Below are positions 50,318 to 63,207 of a stretch of 64,000 nt of DNA, piece after piece. The notes under the pieces were generated by a model. It saw only the letters and a program-made list of their open reading frames with translations. It was not told the origin of the DNA and did no database searches. Source of the stretch: Octopus sinensis. Lineage: Eukaryota. Where the stretch lies: positions 48,980,001 through 49,044,000 of the forward strand of contig NC_042997.1 in NCBI RefSeq assembly GCF_006345805.1, read 5' to 3'. The position numbers were made by a program, and so were the translations under genes. Position 1 is the stretch's first letter. Every line of letters starts with the position of its first letter.

Positions 50318-50359
<42 letters not shown>

Positions 50360-50399
50360 TGTTTTAAGTGGAATGTTGAAAAAAATTCATTGATTATTG

Positions 50400-51150
50400 A
50401 CAGTGGTGTTCATTAGATAACATTCAATACAAAAGCATTAAGATGAAAAAGGAGTTATGTAATGTTATATATTCCGATTGTTGATCAATAAATGAGTTGT
50501 TTTAAAATATGTATAATGTTTAACTTTGTAAGAATATAACCTATTGGAAATACATTATAATGTATAACAGAGGAGGATGTTAGATAATAGTCATTAGTGC
50601 AATTATATGAATATTTAAACATTTCGAGTTGGTCATTAGTACATTTCTCAACAGATTTTTCATTTGTAAACTATTGTTTTGTGACAGAGGTCAGATAAGT
50701 GAAATGTGGAAGGTACGAAAGACATTATGTTGGTTATGTAATGCAACATTTATATCTATATAATTTAAAATCTAAGTTCGATGTTAGAGATCAATTGTCA
50801 TAAGGTGGTCATATCGGTTAGATGTTATGTAATAGCGGTCAGGCAAGAAATGGAGGAAGAGATGAATCAGAATTTATAGTGGTATGTGAGATGTATTTGG
50901 GTGCTAAAGAGAAATTACGCTCAAGGTCTAATGTAATATTAAGGTGTATGAAGTAAAATGTATACTAGATAGCAGATATTTCATGTTATAAGATAAGTGT
51001 CAGTTATTTTGGGATTACAGAAGAGTCTTGAGTTTGTGTATTATTGTACCAAACAGAGAGGTAAGAACAATATTTGAAAGGGAGAATAAAGGAATATAAT
51101 TTTGAGTTGATTGAAAGAAGTTTTGTCAAGATATTTGTTGTAGAGTTGCA
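50400..51150 (-). pseudogene. Possible decayed class A GPCR pseudogene
   Basis: Minus strand FLPDRYYITSNRYDHLMT (DRY at 50840-50832); hydrophobic segments in roughly TM1, TM2, TM4 and TM5 order; many stops. Confidence 0.35.
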
Positions 51151-51761
51151 ATCATTAGAGAATCGGACAAAACATCTAGCAGTATTTCTTCAGACTTGTA
51201 ACGTTCTGAGTTCATATTCTGTCGATGTTAACTTAGTCTTTCATCCCTCCATAATATATAAAATAAAGTACCAGTCAAGTAATAAGATCGATGATATTGA
51301 CTAACACCTCCCCTCTTATGCCCAAATTAGAAACGGTTATTCTATCCTAATCTATGAAGAAGAAACCAAAGCAAATATTCACATCACAGGGTGGATATTG
51401 GATTTTGAATGCAAAACGAGGCTGATCAGGTCGTAAAAGCAAAAGTAGGATGAGGCTAGCTCTACAATTTTCAAGTTAGAATCTATAGTAATTTGCAACC
51501 TTGTATTGTTAAAGAAGATATATAGGATATGTAGGTTCTTCGTAAACCTGTTAGTTTGTTGAGGATTTAGTTTCCTTAATGAAAAACATCCGATCTGCTT
51601 TAATGGGTGACAATTTAGATTTTAATTTAGTTAAAAGCTTTATGTCCATAATATCATTCTGGCCGTCGAATCATTAGCTCCTATGCTAACGTTAAACGGT
51701 ACGTTAAACTGTTTATCCAGGTAGCTTGATCACATAGCTATATATATATATATATATATGT

Positions 51762-51965
51762 GTGACCTCGTGTGTACCGTTGGCGATTTTTTTTTCATCT
51801 GTCTTCCCTTCTCTGGATCTTTCCTTCTCCTATGTTTCCGACGAAGAGCTCCGCTCGAAACGTTAAACCCTCCTTCTTTCCTTCTTTCCTGAGCGTCCAA
51901 TAATACTATATTTGTTCCACGTCCTAGCGTTGCTGTGTTTTTTTTTTGTGCTGTCTTGTTTGGAT

Positions 51966-51968
<3 letters not shown>
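51762..51968 (+). mobile_element. Small (TA)n-embedded PLE-like element with minimal hammerhead (51834-51868)
   Basis: GTTT CCGACGA A GAGC tcc GCTC GAAA CG TT AAAC. Confidence 0.75.
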
Positions 51969-52002
<34 letters not shown>

Positions 52003-52621
52003 ATTACTTTATATAATTAGATTTCAACAAAAAAATGTTCTTTACTACATATCCAACTTTTAGAAATAACAGTCAAAGAATTTAGCTATTTTTTCTACTA
52101 TAAGAAGAGTCTCCCATACAATGTATACACAAAAACAATTCACGCATGCATAGAGGGGAAAATAACGAAAGTTCACTCGAAATTTGATTACTTCTGAACG
52201 CATTTCTGAGTTAGTCAGATATAGAGATGCTAGAAATACATCCCTATTCTAACATTCCCGTCATCAGCACAAAGATTTCATTAAATTTAAATTTGAGAGC
52301 ACTAAAAATCGAACATACTAATCTGATTTGAGTAACCTCAGACAAACCATCTTCGACATCCAGTACTAACGGATTCAAAACATACGAATGAGGCTCCGCA
52401 TCCTCCCCTGTCCACCCACGTGAGTTATAGAGCAACAAATTCCTACAGAAGAATCTGTAGTTTATTATCAGGGAGAGAATTATATTGTCAATAATAATAA
52501 TTATTATTGACTATATGTATAGAGAGAGATGGCCACATAACCGAAGAGATGGTGTTGTGGATTTCCACTTCGGCATCTGAAACTCAGAGTTTTATTTTGA
52601 CTATTGAGTAATTGTAACATA

Positions 52622-52673
<52 letters not shown>

Positions 52674-53089
52674 CAAGGATTGATAATGGTATTAATTTCT
52701 AGGTTTTGATAGCAGCTACTTGTTTAGCGAAATTCAAATTCAGAGTTTCATAAAGGTGGAGAGATGAATTAAGTAATACTTTCTAATAGCAACTTTTAGA
52801 AATTTTGAATTTATTTATATTTAGAATAGAAATGAACCACTGTATAATGGCTGAAGTGTTATTCTACAGTTGTAGACTAGACTGTAATTATAATATAATC
52901 TAACACATATTTATTTAGGACATCAATGCTTGTTTTGATAAGGTGGAATAATCTAATACAATCATTGTGAGTAAATTCCTTGTTATGACCTTCCAATATA
53001 GAATGTCTTCTTACAATCGTTCTAGCTTTAATTTTTTCTTGATCAGTCACTTATGCTTTCTTTTTTCTTTTTCCTATAATATTTTTCAG

Positions 53090-53520
53090 TTTAGGTACAA
53101 GACCAGCAATTTTAAAGAGAAGTGATTAATCGAGATCATTGACTCAATATTTAACCCTTTAGTGTTTCAACCGGCCATATCAGGCCATAAATGTCTTCCT
53201 GTTTTATGCTCAAACCAGCCAGCTCTGACCTCTCGCACCTACCCTACAAAGTCATTTTAAAAAATAAACAGGGACATCATCAAAATCTCAGAGTTACAAG
53301 ATGCTGTACAATTAATTTAAAACAATGTGATTAAACAGGCTTTACATTTGACAGATTAATCTGAATGTTAAAGGGTTAAGTGTTACTGTATGTTATCAAC
53401 GCCGGATTGGATGGAAGGTGAATGTAACTTCGGTGAGATTTCACACAGAACGTAAAGGGCCGAGAGAAATGTCACGAGGAATCATCTTCGATACTCTAAC
53501 TATTCTGACGGCTCTTCGCC
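53090..53520 (-). mobile_element. SINE family E, degenerate, interrupted by a piggyBac MITE
   Basis: The two halves flank 53151-53379. Confidence 0.6.
53155..53375. mobile_element. piggyBac-type MITE
   Basis: TTAA|CCCTTTAG ... TTAAAGGG|TTAA; TTAA target-site duplication at 53151 and 53376. Confidence 0.85.
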
Positions 53521-53951
53521 TTCTATTTCACATAACCAATTAATTTCTTAGTCTTTGTCATTGTCAATTATAGAATTCGACAGATATCTATACTTGGTGG
53601 TTTTACACCTTTAAATAATTGGAGAAGTATATTTTTTAGGTTGGCATTTAATGATCTTTAAACTATATTTGAGATAGTTGTTATTATGTGTTTGTTACTT
53701 CTCGTATGAGAAAGCTCTTCATCTTAATCTTTTGATAAAATTATCTGTTTCCTACAAGAGACTTTTGCTGTTTTGTGTTGACTCTCTTTACTTTACTATT
53801 TCAACAATTTTCAGTTTTGTTAAGTTATTGTTCATAAAGTGCACGATACACCGGAACATTACACACAAGAGCATATATTTGTTTGTTAGAATAAAAACTG
53901 AATAAACTCCAAATGAAATAAAGAACTCAGTTTCAAGTTAGAATATATATT

Positions 53952-54163
53952 GGTTTCAATGTTTGGCACAAGGCCAGCAATTTTAGAGAAGAGGGGTTAA
54001 TCGATTACATCTACTTCAGTGCTCAGCTGGTACTTGTTTTATTGACCCTATAAGGATGAAAGGTAAAGTCGGCTATGGCAGAATTTGAAATCAGAATGTA
54101 AAGACGGAGGAAATGCGGTTAAACATTTCGCCCGACGTGCTAACGATTCTGCCAATTCGCCGA
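53952..54163 (-). mobile_element. SINE family E, full length
   Basis: Minus head ggcgaattggcagaatcgttagcacg; same core as 6291. Confidence 0.8.
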
Positions 54164-54179
54164 TAAATACCGTAGATAC

Positions 54180-54998
54180 ATCAGCGTAGGTGTTCTCTTT
54201 TTCACTGATCTTCAGCTTTATGTTAACATCGACTGGTCACTTAATTTCCACAACACTGCAAAGTTTCTCATCTCTATCCCAAATCCTTATATCAGCTGTG
54301 TTGTGCTTACATTTTATTGAAGACTTCACTGGGACATTCCATCAGAACTCCTTTTTATTATGAGTTGCTATGGCTTCTACCATATTGTGGGTTTTTATTT
54401 CTTTGTCCTCGGGGTTATCCTTCCGACGGCTTTCATTATAGAGTGTCTTAGCTACAACACCATGTCTCATCGGTAGACAATACTGTAATGACATTTTCGG
54501 ACAACCGCTTATGATGTGGGTGATATCTTCAGGGTGAACTCCACAAAGTCTGCATCGGTTGTTACGTTTCACTGCTTTTCCTGCATCTGTATCCTTTTTG
54601 TGCATCAGGTACTTGGTTGATATTTCCTTTCCTGATTGCAAACGTATATCCTTCAAAGTGGGAGGTAATACTCCGGCTATTGGTCCATGATAAACTGCTT
54701 TGATGATCGATGTTACTATCATCACGAAGCTTTCTACTAACATATCCATGCATAGTCTTCTGCTCATATAAGCTCATCCTTTCATCTGATGATACGTTGC
54801 GGTAGAGTCGTGCGACTTCTTTGGGCATGTATTCTAGGTTATCAGACAAAGAATGTTGCTCAAGGAGCTGCCTTCCAAGTCTTATGAGGTTTTCAGCCAG
54901 ATGTATACAAACTTGGTCAAGAGATGCACTTCGACACTTGGTGGTTAAAAGTTGTTGCCGAAGGGATATGATACGACATTCAAAGGCATTTGGATCGC
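54180..54998 (-). mobile_element. R4/Dong-like non-LTR fragment (CCHC finger + restriction-like endonuclease)
   Basis: MHGYVSR, SHFEGYTFAI, CRLCGVHPEDITHIISGC, HNTADI (RPD-like), VVEIKCPVD. Confidence 0.8.
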
Positions 54999-57503
54999 TA
55001 TGTATGTATGTATGTATGTATGTATGTATGTACGCATATATGTAATGGGTCTCATATAGTATTGTTTGGCCAGAGGCTAGAGTAGAAGGCATTACACAAA
55101 TTGCCACATAGTAGGAGTGAACCCGAAACCTTGTGATTGTGAGTCGAACTTCATACCCACACAGTCACACTTGTGCCTTTGGATATAATGAAGTTAAGTG
55201 TATATCTGATTGGAACACTATTGTAAATTAATGGTTTCCGTACGTCTTGAGAAAAAAAACTCGAAAAATTGTGAAACGAGCTTAGACAGTTGAGAAAAGA
55301 GGTACTCAATCTTTTTTGATATAGTTCTGTATATTATATCCGATGTAGCAGACAAGAAGCAGAGAAAAATCTCAGTGACAACTTTTCAGAAAAGACAGTC
55401 TACAGAGACGACCTCACGACGAACAGTTTAAATATGTCACGCACAAGTTAAAAGTTTATAAGCCTAAATGTCAGAGACATATTCTTGTAATTGTTATTGC
55501 TATGTCGCTAGCGTTGTCGTTTTCATTGTTGTTGCTGTTGTTTTTGTTGGTTTTGTTAACGTTGCTACTGTTGTTATTGTTAATAAAATTGTAATTTTCC
55601 GGACTATTAACCTCAGCTTTAGAGTGTATAAATGTAATGTAGATGTAAATATTGTAAATATACATTCTGAAGATGTGGTTAATACTCCGGAAAATTACAA
55701 TTTTAAGATAGATGTTGTTGGAAATAATCCAACGAATAAATACCATATACATTATATGCCCACCCCCGTTAGCTTGCACGACAGAATCTATTAAATAGAA
55801 TTAGGATTCGATTTAAATTAAATTGTAGAACGAATATATTAAATGAGAAATACAGAAATCAGCATCACGAGATTAACAGATGGAGTATACCCAGAAAAAT
55901 TGTTGTACTTGTTGTTTATGTTAGTTACCACCTTGTGAGCATTGATCACGGGTCTGTACGGTCCTTATATTTTTCAAGTGTATATAGGACTACATTATCC
56001 GAGGCGATCTTCATATTTTTAAGACGGAGTATATTTCCGAAATATTTGAACATGCATCCATTATATCTCGAAATTCCAAAAATACATTCTACACCTCGAA
56101 CTGTTCCACATGACAAAATGCTCTTTGGTATTTCTTATATATATTCGTGGATGGAAATGATTTACCAGAACTGAAAATCAAAAACAACGGAGTCACAGAC
56201 ATCAATAACACGTATGCTTATAATAATCACATTGTAGTACTCATCAATCTCCTTCTTATATGCTGACTTAATATTAGATCTATCGATTTATAATACGACT
56301 TGCCTGCTTTCTTGTTTCGTCGTAGCTTTTGAATATCATCTAACTGATCGAATCTGTCAAATAAATTCTAAGCTAATCCGTTTTGAAATCACAGTGATCT
56401 ACATTGCCTGATGCTAATCTTCATACGTTTCGTAGTCTTAAGCGAATCAGTGATAAATCTCTCCCTCAGGATAAGATTCTAGTCTAATACAAGTTGATTT
56501 TTCGTTTCTTTCTTTTTAACACTGAATGTGTTGAACTCACCTCAGCCTTAAAAAGTAACTAAATAGCTAATCACTTGCCAAGTAATTTTGCTGCTGATGT
56601 TCCAAGGCTGGAACTCTGCCTGCAAACACCAGCATCAAAATGTCTCTCAACTCACATATTATTGTCTTGGAAACGGACATATGGTATAATGTGCTCACAG
56701 ATAAACTGTTAAGCAACAAAAGGAATGGAATAGTCATAGTTAAACTGTTTTTTATCATAGGTCTGCTGAATCAGAGCTGACCATAGGCTAAACAACAATA
56801 TCGCTACTGATGTCTGGAGTAACGAATTGTCCCTAAATTGTGGTAAATCTTTATGATGGCAGTATTCGAAAGTTAAGTGTCATGGAGATAGTGTCGAGGT
56901 CAGACTGTTATAAGAAGCCTCAAGGCAACTGTTTTACGTCTGCTACACAATCTCTGATGATAGAATGATGTAACCTTACTGTGAAATAATTCTTTGCCTA
57001 TCAGACATTTTCATTAATGAAATACGCGTAAGAATGTATTAAATAAATGTAAAATATTATCTTGATGTGTGTGTGCGTAAAGATATATATCTACATCTAT
57101 ATACATATCCATATATATATATATATATATATATGCATGTAGGTACATACATACGTATAATCCGGTGACATACATTGTCATTGGAACCTAGTATGGCGAC
57201 CGAGAGGAAAAAGTGTTGTGAAAGTTTTTGTCGCTTAAATCCATTGACGTACAGAAGTCACGCAATCATTTCATTTCTTAATTTGTTTTGAATTTTAGTA
57301 AGTCGTCTGGCGATGGATGCATGGTAATGTGTGAAAAGTTATATCCGCTCACATGCAAAGATGAAAGTAAATCAGAACAATCAGGCTGATTGAGAGAGAC
57401 GCTTATCATCTGACGAGATGTGGCAATCATCATTCATCGTGTGTACATATGTATACACGCACACATATGATAGATAGATAGATAGATAGATAGATATGCA
57501 TTT

Positions 57504-57542
<39 letters not shown>

Positions 57543-57559
57543 ACAACCGAGCTGTTTTA

Positions 57560-58330
57560 ATAAAGAGACAATGGAAGAGAGCTTACAATGAACTGTAAGG
57601 CCTGTAGCAGTCATGATCAATTCTTTTAGACTTTTGCATTGTTACTACAAATGCTGTAAAATACAGACAGCAGGTCAATAGCATTGAGTAAATAAGTATC
57701 ATGTTGCTGCAGGTAAAATACTGTTTAAAAAAGTTACACATTCTGGAATATTATTTGCTGTGCAAGCAAGTAAATAGTAGTTTCCATTAACTTTATTTAG
57801 ATGCAGACTTTTTGTATTGAGGCAGTGTGTATCAATAGATCGTGTAAATACCAGCAGATACAAAAAAAACAATTTAATTGTCATATAGACATCCGTAATA
57901 CATAGTTAAATCATGATCGAAGAATCTGCCAACATAAGGGATTGCCTCTACTGTTCAGTAGAAAAGGGAATTGGAAGAGTTCCTTAAGTGCCTATATGAT
58001 TGATTTTATCATCAGACTTTGTTGCCGTACCTTGGGAAAGAAACTTAATTTTCCCTTATACGATCCACCTGGTATTAATCATAATTGGTGTTTTGTTTAA
58101 TTGCAATAAGCGCCAATTAAAGTTGACTAGGGCTTCATCCAAAATACATCAAAGCCCAATGACCAGAAACATTTTAAAGATTTCTATCGTTTAATCAGAC
58201 GCTGGACTTCACTGGGAACATTCTCGTCTATCTCAGGCACAACATATAAATATGTTAACTTTATCAGAACATTTTGTATTTGTAGAGCTGAAATCAAATC
58301 CTGCAATGTATAATGTCGTAAGTATTAGAC
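57560..58330 (-). pseudogene. Possible decayed Cys-loop (nAChR-like) receptor pseudogene, apparently intronless
   Basis: Ordered motifs across frameshifts: VVPEIDEN, LDEAL, FQFPF, NYYLL, FLNSILPAA, SMLLTCCLYFTAFVVTMQKS. Confidence 0.45.
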
Positions 58331-58599
58331 TATCTGATTTATCATTTGCCTTATACACTCGACATAAAAGCAAAAGAATACACCTTTGACATTTATACAC
58401 TGTTGCAAGGAAACAACGTTTTACCTTAGAATTTCTCACAAAGTTACTACATTTTTTGATTAAGGTCCTAAACTTTAAAAATTGTTCCATCCGGACCCCT
58501 AATTCTGTAACGTCGCTCCTACATGTTCTTCCTTGTCGTTACTTGCGCATCCTTTCCCATCTCAAGAAACTACTTACATGATTCAATATTAAGATCCAT

Positions 58600-59940
58600 T
58601 GTGAATTTTTTGGTGTCTTATATTTCCCCATAAACCCCTCTTCCGCTTGGGTCCCGCATGTTTTTGTCCTCTGTCTCTGTATTTCTGCAATTCTCGGCCT
58701 TCCTGTCATTGTATCTCTGTGTCTGTGTGCTTATGCATTTGTGCGTCTGTGTGTTTGTTCGACTGCAATTCTGCGTGTTCAGTCTGTGTGTCTATGTTTC
58801 TAGGCTTCTGTGAGTCTGAGTCATCTTGCATCTGCTTGTCCATAATTCTATGTGTTTGTAAGTCTGTGTGTTTGAGCGTCTGTGGGTCTGAACGCTTATA
58901 CACTTGTAAGTCCCTTACTGGCGATCCCACTGGTGAATCTTCCCCGTTTCTCGTCGTAGGTTCGATTACCTCTTCCATTGCTTTGCACCTCCTCAGTTCC
59001 ACCATCGTTCGTGACCTCCTCCTCCTCTCTCCCTTTCCTGCTTTCACCTCTGCAGAACTCTCTGTTTCTGTCGCCTCTCTACCATTACATCCTCCTGAAT
59101 ACTATCCTCCATATTTTCCACTGCTGCTCCCGGGCATTTCTTTCGAAAGTGCCCTCCTTTACCACATTCGCAACTCTTTGGGGTACCCCTCCAACATTAT
59201 CTTCAGCTTCCCTTCATTTGGTAGCTCCAAAGTTTCAGGTATTTCGTTGTAATATTTCTGGCTCACTGCACAAACCATCTCTAATCCGCAGTCCACCCCC
59301 ACTTCACCTGTTGGGCTCGGCTTATCATGCCCATCTTCACGTCCTCGCCCTCCTTCTCCTTCTCTGAATAAAAAATCGTCGCTATTGTCCACTCTCGACC
59401 CAACCACGGTGGGGATCTTCCCAACCTAATTCTTACAATTCGTTTATCCAAACAGTCTGGCATCAATGTCCATTTCTCTCCCTGCATCATCCCGATGGGG
59501 GACCTTTCCGCCCTCTCTTCTGATACAAAAGTTACCACTAAAGACGCACATCTCTTTCCTCTCATATAGAACGCTATGCTGTCTCCTATCTGTCTTTCCA
59601 AAATTTCTTCTATTTTCTCCTGCGGCGCTTCTTCAGTTCTTCTGCTTTTACTTGAAAATGTTCTGAATATTACCGTCCTCCTTTCCACTTTTGTTCCTTC
59701 CTCCTCTGGTAGGGTCAGTTTTATATTTGACCCCTCCCTCTCCACCACACTACTACACTTCTCTATCAGCTCACTTTTGCACTCTACCATCTCTTGCTTC
59801 AGCACACCTGGGTCCAGGGGAACTCGACCTCCAGCAGCTTCTGCCCAACTTCTCATTCACTTATTCACCACCTGCCAACAATAGTAGCTTCGCACAAAAT
59901 ATTTCGGCTAGAGTTCTTCAAAAGACAACTGGAAAAGTGG
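58600..59940 (-). mobile_element. LINE ORF1-like relic with degenerate zinc knuckle, no ORF2 seen
   Basis: 191-aa ORF 59856-59281 continues through a stop and a frameshift into CECGKGGHFRKKCP (~59172-59131), followed by a basic low-complexity tail. Confidence 0.6.
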
Positions 59941-60091
59941 CTTGGTAGCTGTCGATGCTTATTCGCCTTTGAAAACATACATATTTCAAGTGAAATACAT
60001 TCACTGATTTCTAAAATAGAAATACTGCATTTCTAAATCTCTCAGAGAGATTTATATAGTAGCAGCACAACAAGGTGATGTTATGATGTTA

Positions 60092-60129
60092 TGTCAAGCG
60101 ATATTGGGGACAAACACAAACACATAAAC

Positions 60130-60186
<57 letters not shown>

Positions 60187-60342
60187 GCTTCTTTCAGTTT
60201 CCGTCTACCAAATCCACTCACAAGGCTTTGATCGGCCCGAGGCTATAGTAGAAGACACTTGCCCAAGGTGCCACGTAGTGGGAATGAACCCGGAGCCATG
60301 TGGTTGGTAAACAAGCTACTTACCACACAGCCACTCCTGCGC

Positions 60343-60345
<3 letters not shown>
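60092..60345 (-). mobile_element. SINE family A, 5' half
   Basis: Match to 45045-45332. Confidence 0.85.
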
Positions 60346-60391
<46 letters not shown>

Positions 60392-60430
60392 AACATACAT
60401 ACATACATACATATATACATACACACATAC

Positions 60431-60476
<46 letters not shown>

Positions 60477-60547
60477 TTTTTTCTTTCGAAAAAGTTTTTT
60501 ATTCGATTGCTTGAAAGTGCTCAGGTTGAACCCGAGACGTTAGACAC

Positions 60548-61240
60548 TATAACTTGGTATAAGAAGAGACAAACATTTAGATAATCAATTATATTTATGA
60601 TTTTCATCAACATAATAAATAAATATATACATAGATATAACATGAAATTACAAGACAAAGCACTATCTGTTACTATCTGATGGCGTAGCTGATGACTAAC
60701 GTGGTGTAACCGAACATTTCCTTCCTTCCTTCCTTCCTTCCTTTCTCTTAAATGTCTTCAAACTTGATTAATTATCTAGTTACTTATTCTTGATGAAGGG
60801 GACATGTCAGTGTGAATCTAAATGATTCATACCTGCTGACTAATGGACTCCAGAAACGGCTGTTAAATTGCTTCATATTGACGTTTAACCCTCTATAAAA
60901 CATTTCTTCGGAACTCTTCTAAACTTTTCAATCCATAATTAGGATTTCCCACCACTGCCGCCGATGTATTTTATGTCCATATTTCAACGTCCTTTAATCT
61001 TAAATTTAAATTTAATATGATTTTTCATCGATATATCAACCTTTATTTATTTACCCTTTTCGTGTACATTTTTACCTCATATAACTCTTCTCTCTTTCTA
61101 AATAATATATAGATATGTTCTTCGTCTTGCTGTAACTTTATGTTATATCTATGTATGTATTTATGTATTTATTATGTTGATGTAAATCATAAATATAAAT
61201 GATTATCTAAATTTTCTGCCTCTTCTCATACCAAGTTATA
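60548..61240. mobile_element. Element with ~115-bp inverted arms enclosing a decayed hammerhead (60786-60868, plus)
   Basis: 60548-60660 is the inverted match of 61120-61240; ATTC TTGATGA [long stem II] GAAA CGGCTG TT AAAT. Confidence 0.65.
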
Positions 61241-61488
61241 ATGTATGTGTTTATGTATATCATTATTCAGTTTATTTCAAGATTTCTTGCCAATAAATAA
61301 CGGGTTTCTAACCTAGATCCAAGGATCCTTCATTGGAATTTCAACATCAACAACAGGGTATGTATGTAGGTATGTATGTATGCACGCATGTATGTATGTA
61401 TGTGTGTATGCATGTATGTGCAGATTTGTGTGATTTATGTATATATTCTCATGCATATAGTTGCATATCTAGACATGAAAATATAAAT

Positions 61489-61739
61489 AAATGCGCCCTT
61501 TTAAAGCCTAGCCAGGCTCATGGGCCCGGTTTCCTTGTTTCAATGGCATATGTGCTCCCCAGCTGGACGGGAGGCCAGTCCATCGCAGCGTTACTCATTT
61601 TTGCCAGCTGAGAGGACTGGAGCAACGTGAAATGAAGTGTTTTGCTCAAGAACACAACGCGTCGTCCGGTCCAGGAATCGAAACCACAATCTTACGATCA
61701 TGATGCTGACACCCTAACCACTAAGTCACGCGCCTCCAC
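61489..61739 (-). mobile_element. SINE family B, full length
   Basis: Nearly identical to 16105-16352. Confidence 0.9.
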
Positions 61740-62185
61740 ATATCCAGACATATTTAAATGATAAACTTCTGGAAAATTTTACAGATTTTTACAGTTCCCA
61801 AGATGGATAGGATCTGCAGTCTTTGAATTAGTTTTCTCCTTTCTGGTTTTGAGAAGCCTAATTTTTCAAAATTGGTATTTAGGCAGTGTGTTACTGCCTA
61901 AATACCAGAGCCCCAATAATTACAGGTATAAACCTGAACTTGTAATATATGTACGCACGTAAGTATGTATGAATGTATGTACACACACACGGTACGTACA
62001 CATTTATACGTTAACATATGAATGCATGGAATTAACATACGTTCACCGATCGTCCACATGCACACGCAGCTATAAATGTATCTTAAATACGTTCGCACAC
62101 GCACGCGTATGCAGCATTTAACGCTCAGTTATTTTTGCACACGCGTACACATACGTACAGACACACACACACACACACACATATG

Positions 62186-62217
<32 letters not shown>

Positions 62218-62236
62218 ATATATATAATATTATATA

Positions 62237-62463
62237 TACCGGAGTAAACACATAAATGTGAAACACGGTGGAAAAAGAGTACTCAAATACCAGTGGTAGA
62301 GTAATATACTTTATTTAAAGCAGCAGAAAATTCAACAAAACCTGTTACTCTGAGTTTCCCGTTGCCGTTCATCGGACAATTTTTTCTAGCAAAAACTGTC
62401 CGAGTAACAGGTTTTGTTACTCAGAGTAACAGGTTTTGTTAAATTTTCTGCTGCTTTAAATAA

Positions 62464-62465
<2 letters not shown>
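62237..62465 (-). mobile_element. PLE-like element of the 28330 family; hammerhead at 62342-62379 (minus)
   Basis: Minus: TTGT CCGATGA A CG gcaa CG G GAAA CTC A GAG TA ACAG; the second arm is internally deleted and rearranged. Confidence 0.7.
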
Positions 62466-62501
<36 letters not shown>

Positions 62502-62547
62502 ATATATATATATATATATATATACATACATACATACATACATATAC

Positions 62548-63020
62548 TAGCTGAATAGCGCGTCGTTGCCAGGACAGATTCGGGCAATTTTTCGCAAAAA
62601 AAACTTCGTTGAGGATATTTTACCTTTTAAAAACTATTTACATGTCTGTTCAACTGTTCCACATGACTTTATTCATTAAAACTTCATAAATTCTTACAGC
62701 TTTGTTCGACGTAATGCTCTGCTTTCGTTTGTTTGGTAAAAATTCCTCCTCGTAATGATTTTGCCTTCATTTTGTGATAGACAGCTTTCATGCAAAAAAT
62801 GTTAGCTTCCTTATCCTGTCTTTTGATTAGGTAAAACTGATAAAACTTCAATCCTCAGATAAAATTTTCCTGCAATTTTTCTGGAACAAACAAATAACAA
62901 AATCGGATTTAACGTGGAAATTTATTTCAATATACCAAATCTGAAAATTTTGACGTAATTTTAATATTTTACAATATGTGACAGCAACAGGGAAGTAGAG
63001 GGACAGACAATTATAGGACG

Positions 63021-63059
<39 letters not shown>

Positions 63060-63207
63060 ACACATACGAATACACACACAACCACACACACATACGAATA
63101 CACACACAAACACAAACATTGAAACACATACAAACACTGAAATATACACACAAACATTTACAAACGTACTTGCATATAATCACGAGTTTGAAATAGTGTA
63201 TAGTAGA
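62548..63207 (-). mobile_element. Non-autonomous Helitron
   Basis: Minus 3' end ctggcaacgacgcgctattcagCTAG|T; gacagac/(CA)n tract; probable TCTACTATA start at 63207. Confidence 0.6.

Noticed and set aside
55450-57000. Cys-loop-like (NYNFKI, LNEKY, YDGSI) or LRR-like (LPELKIKNNGVTDI) coding relic on plus
   Set aside because: Isolated short motifs with inconsistent spacing and many stops.
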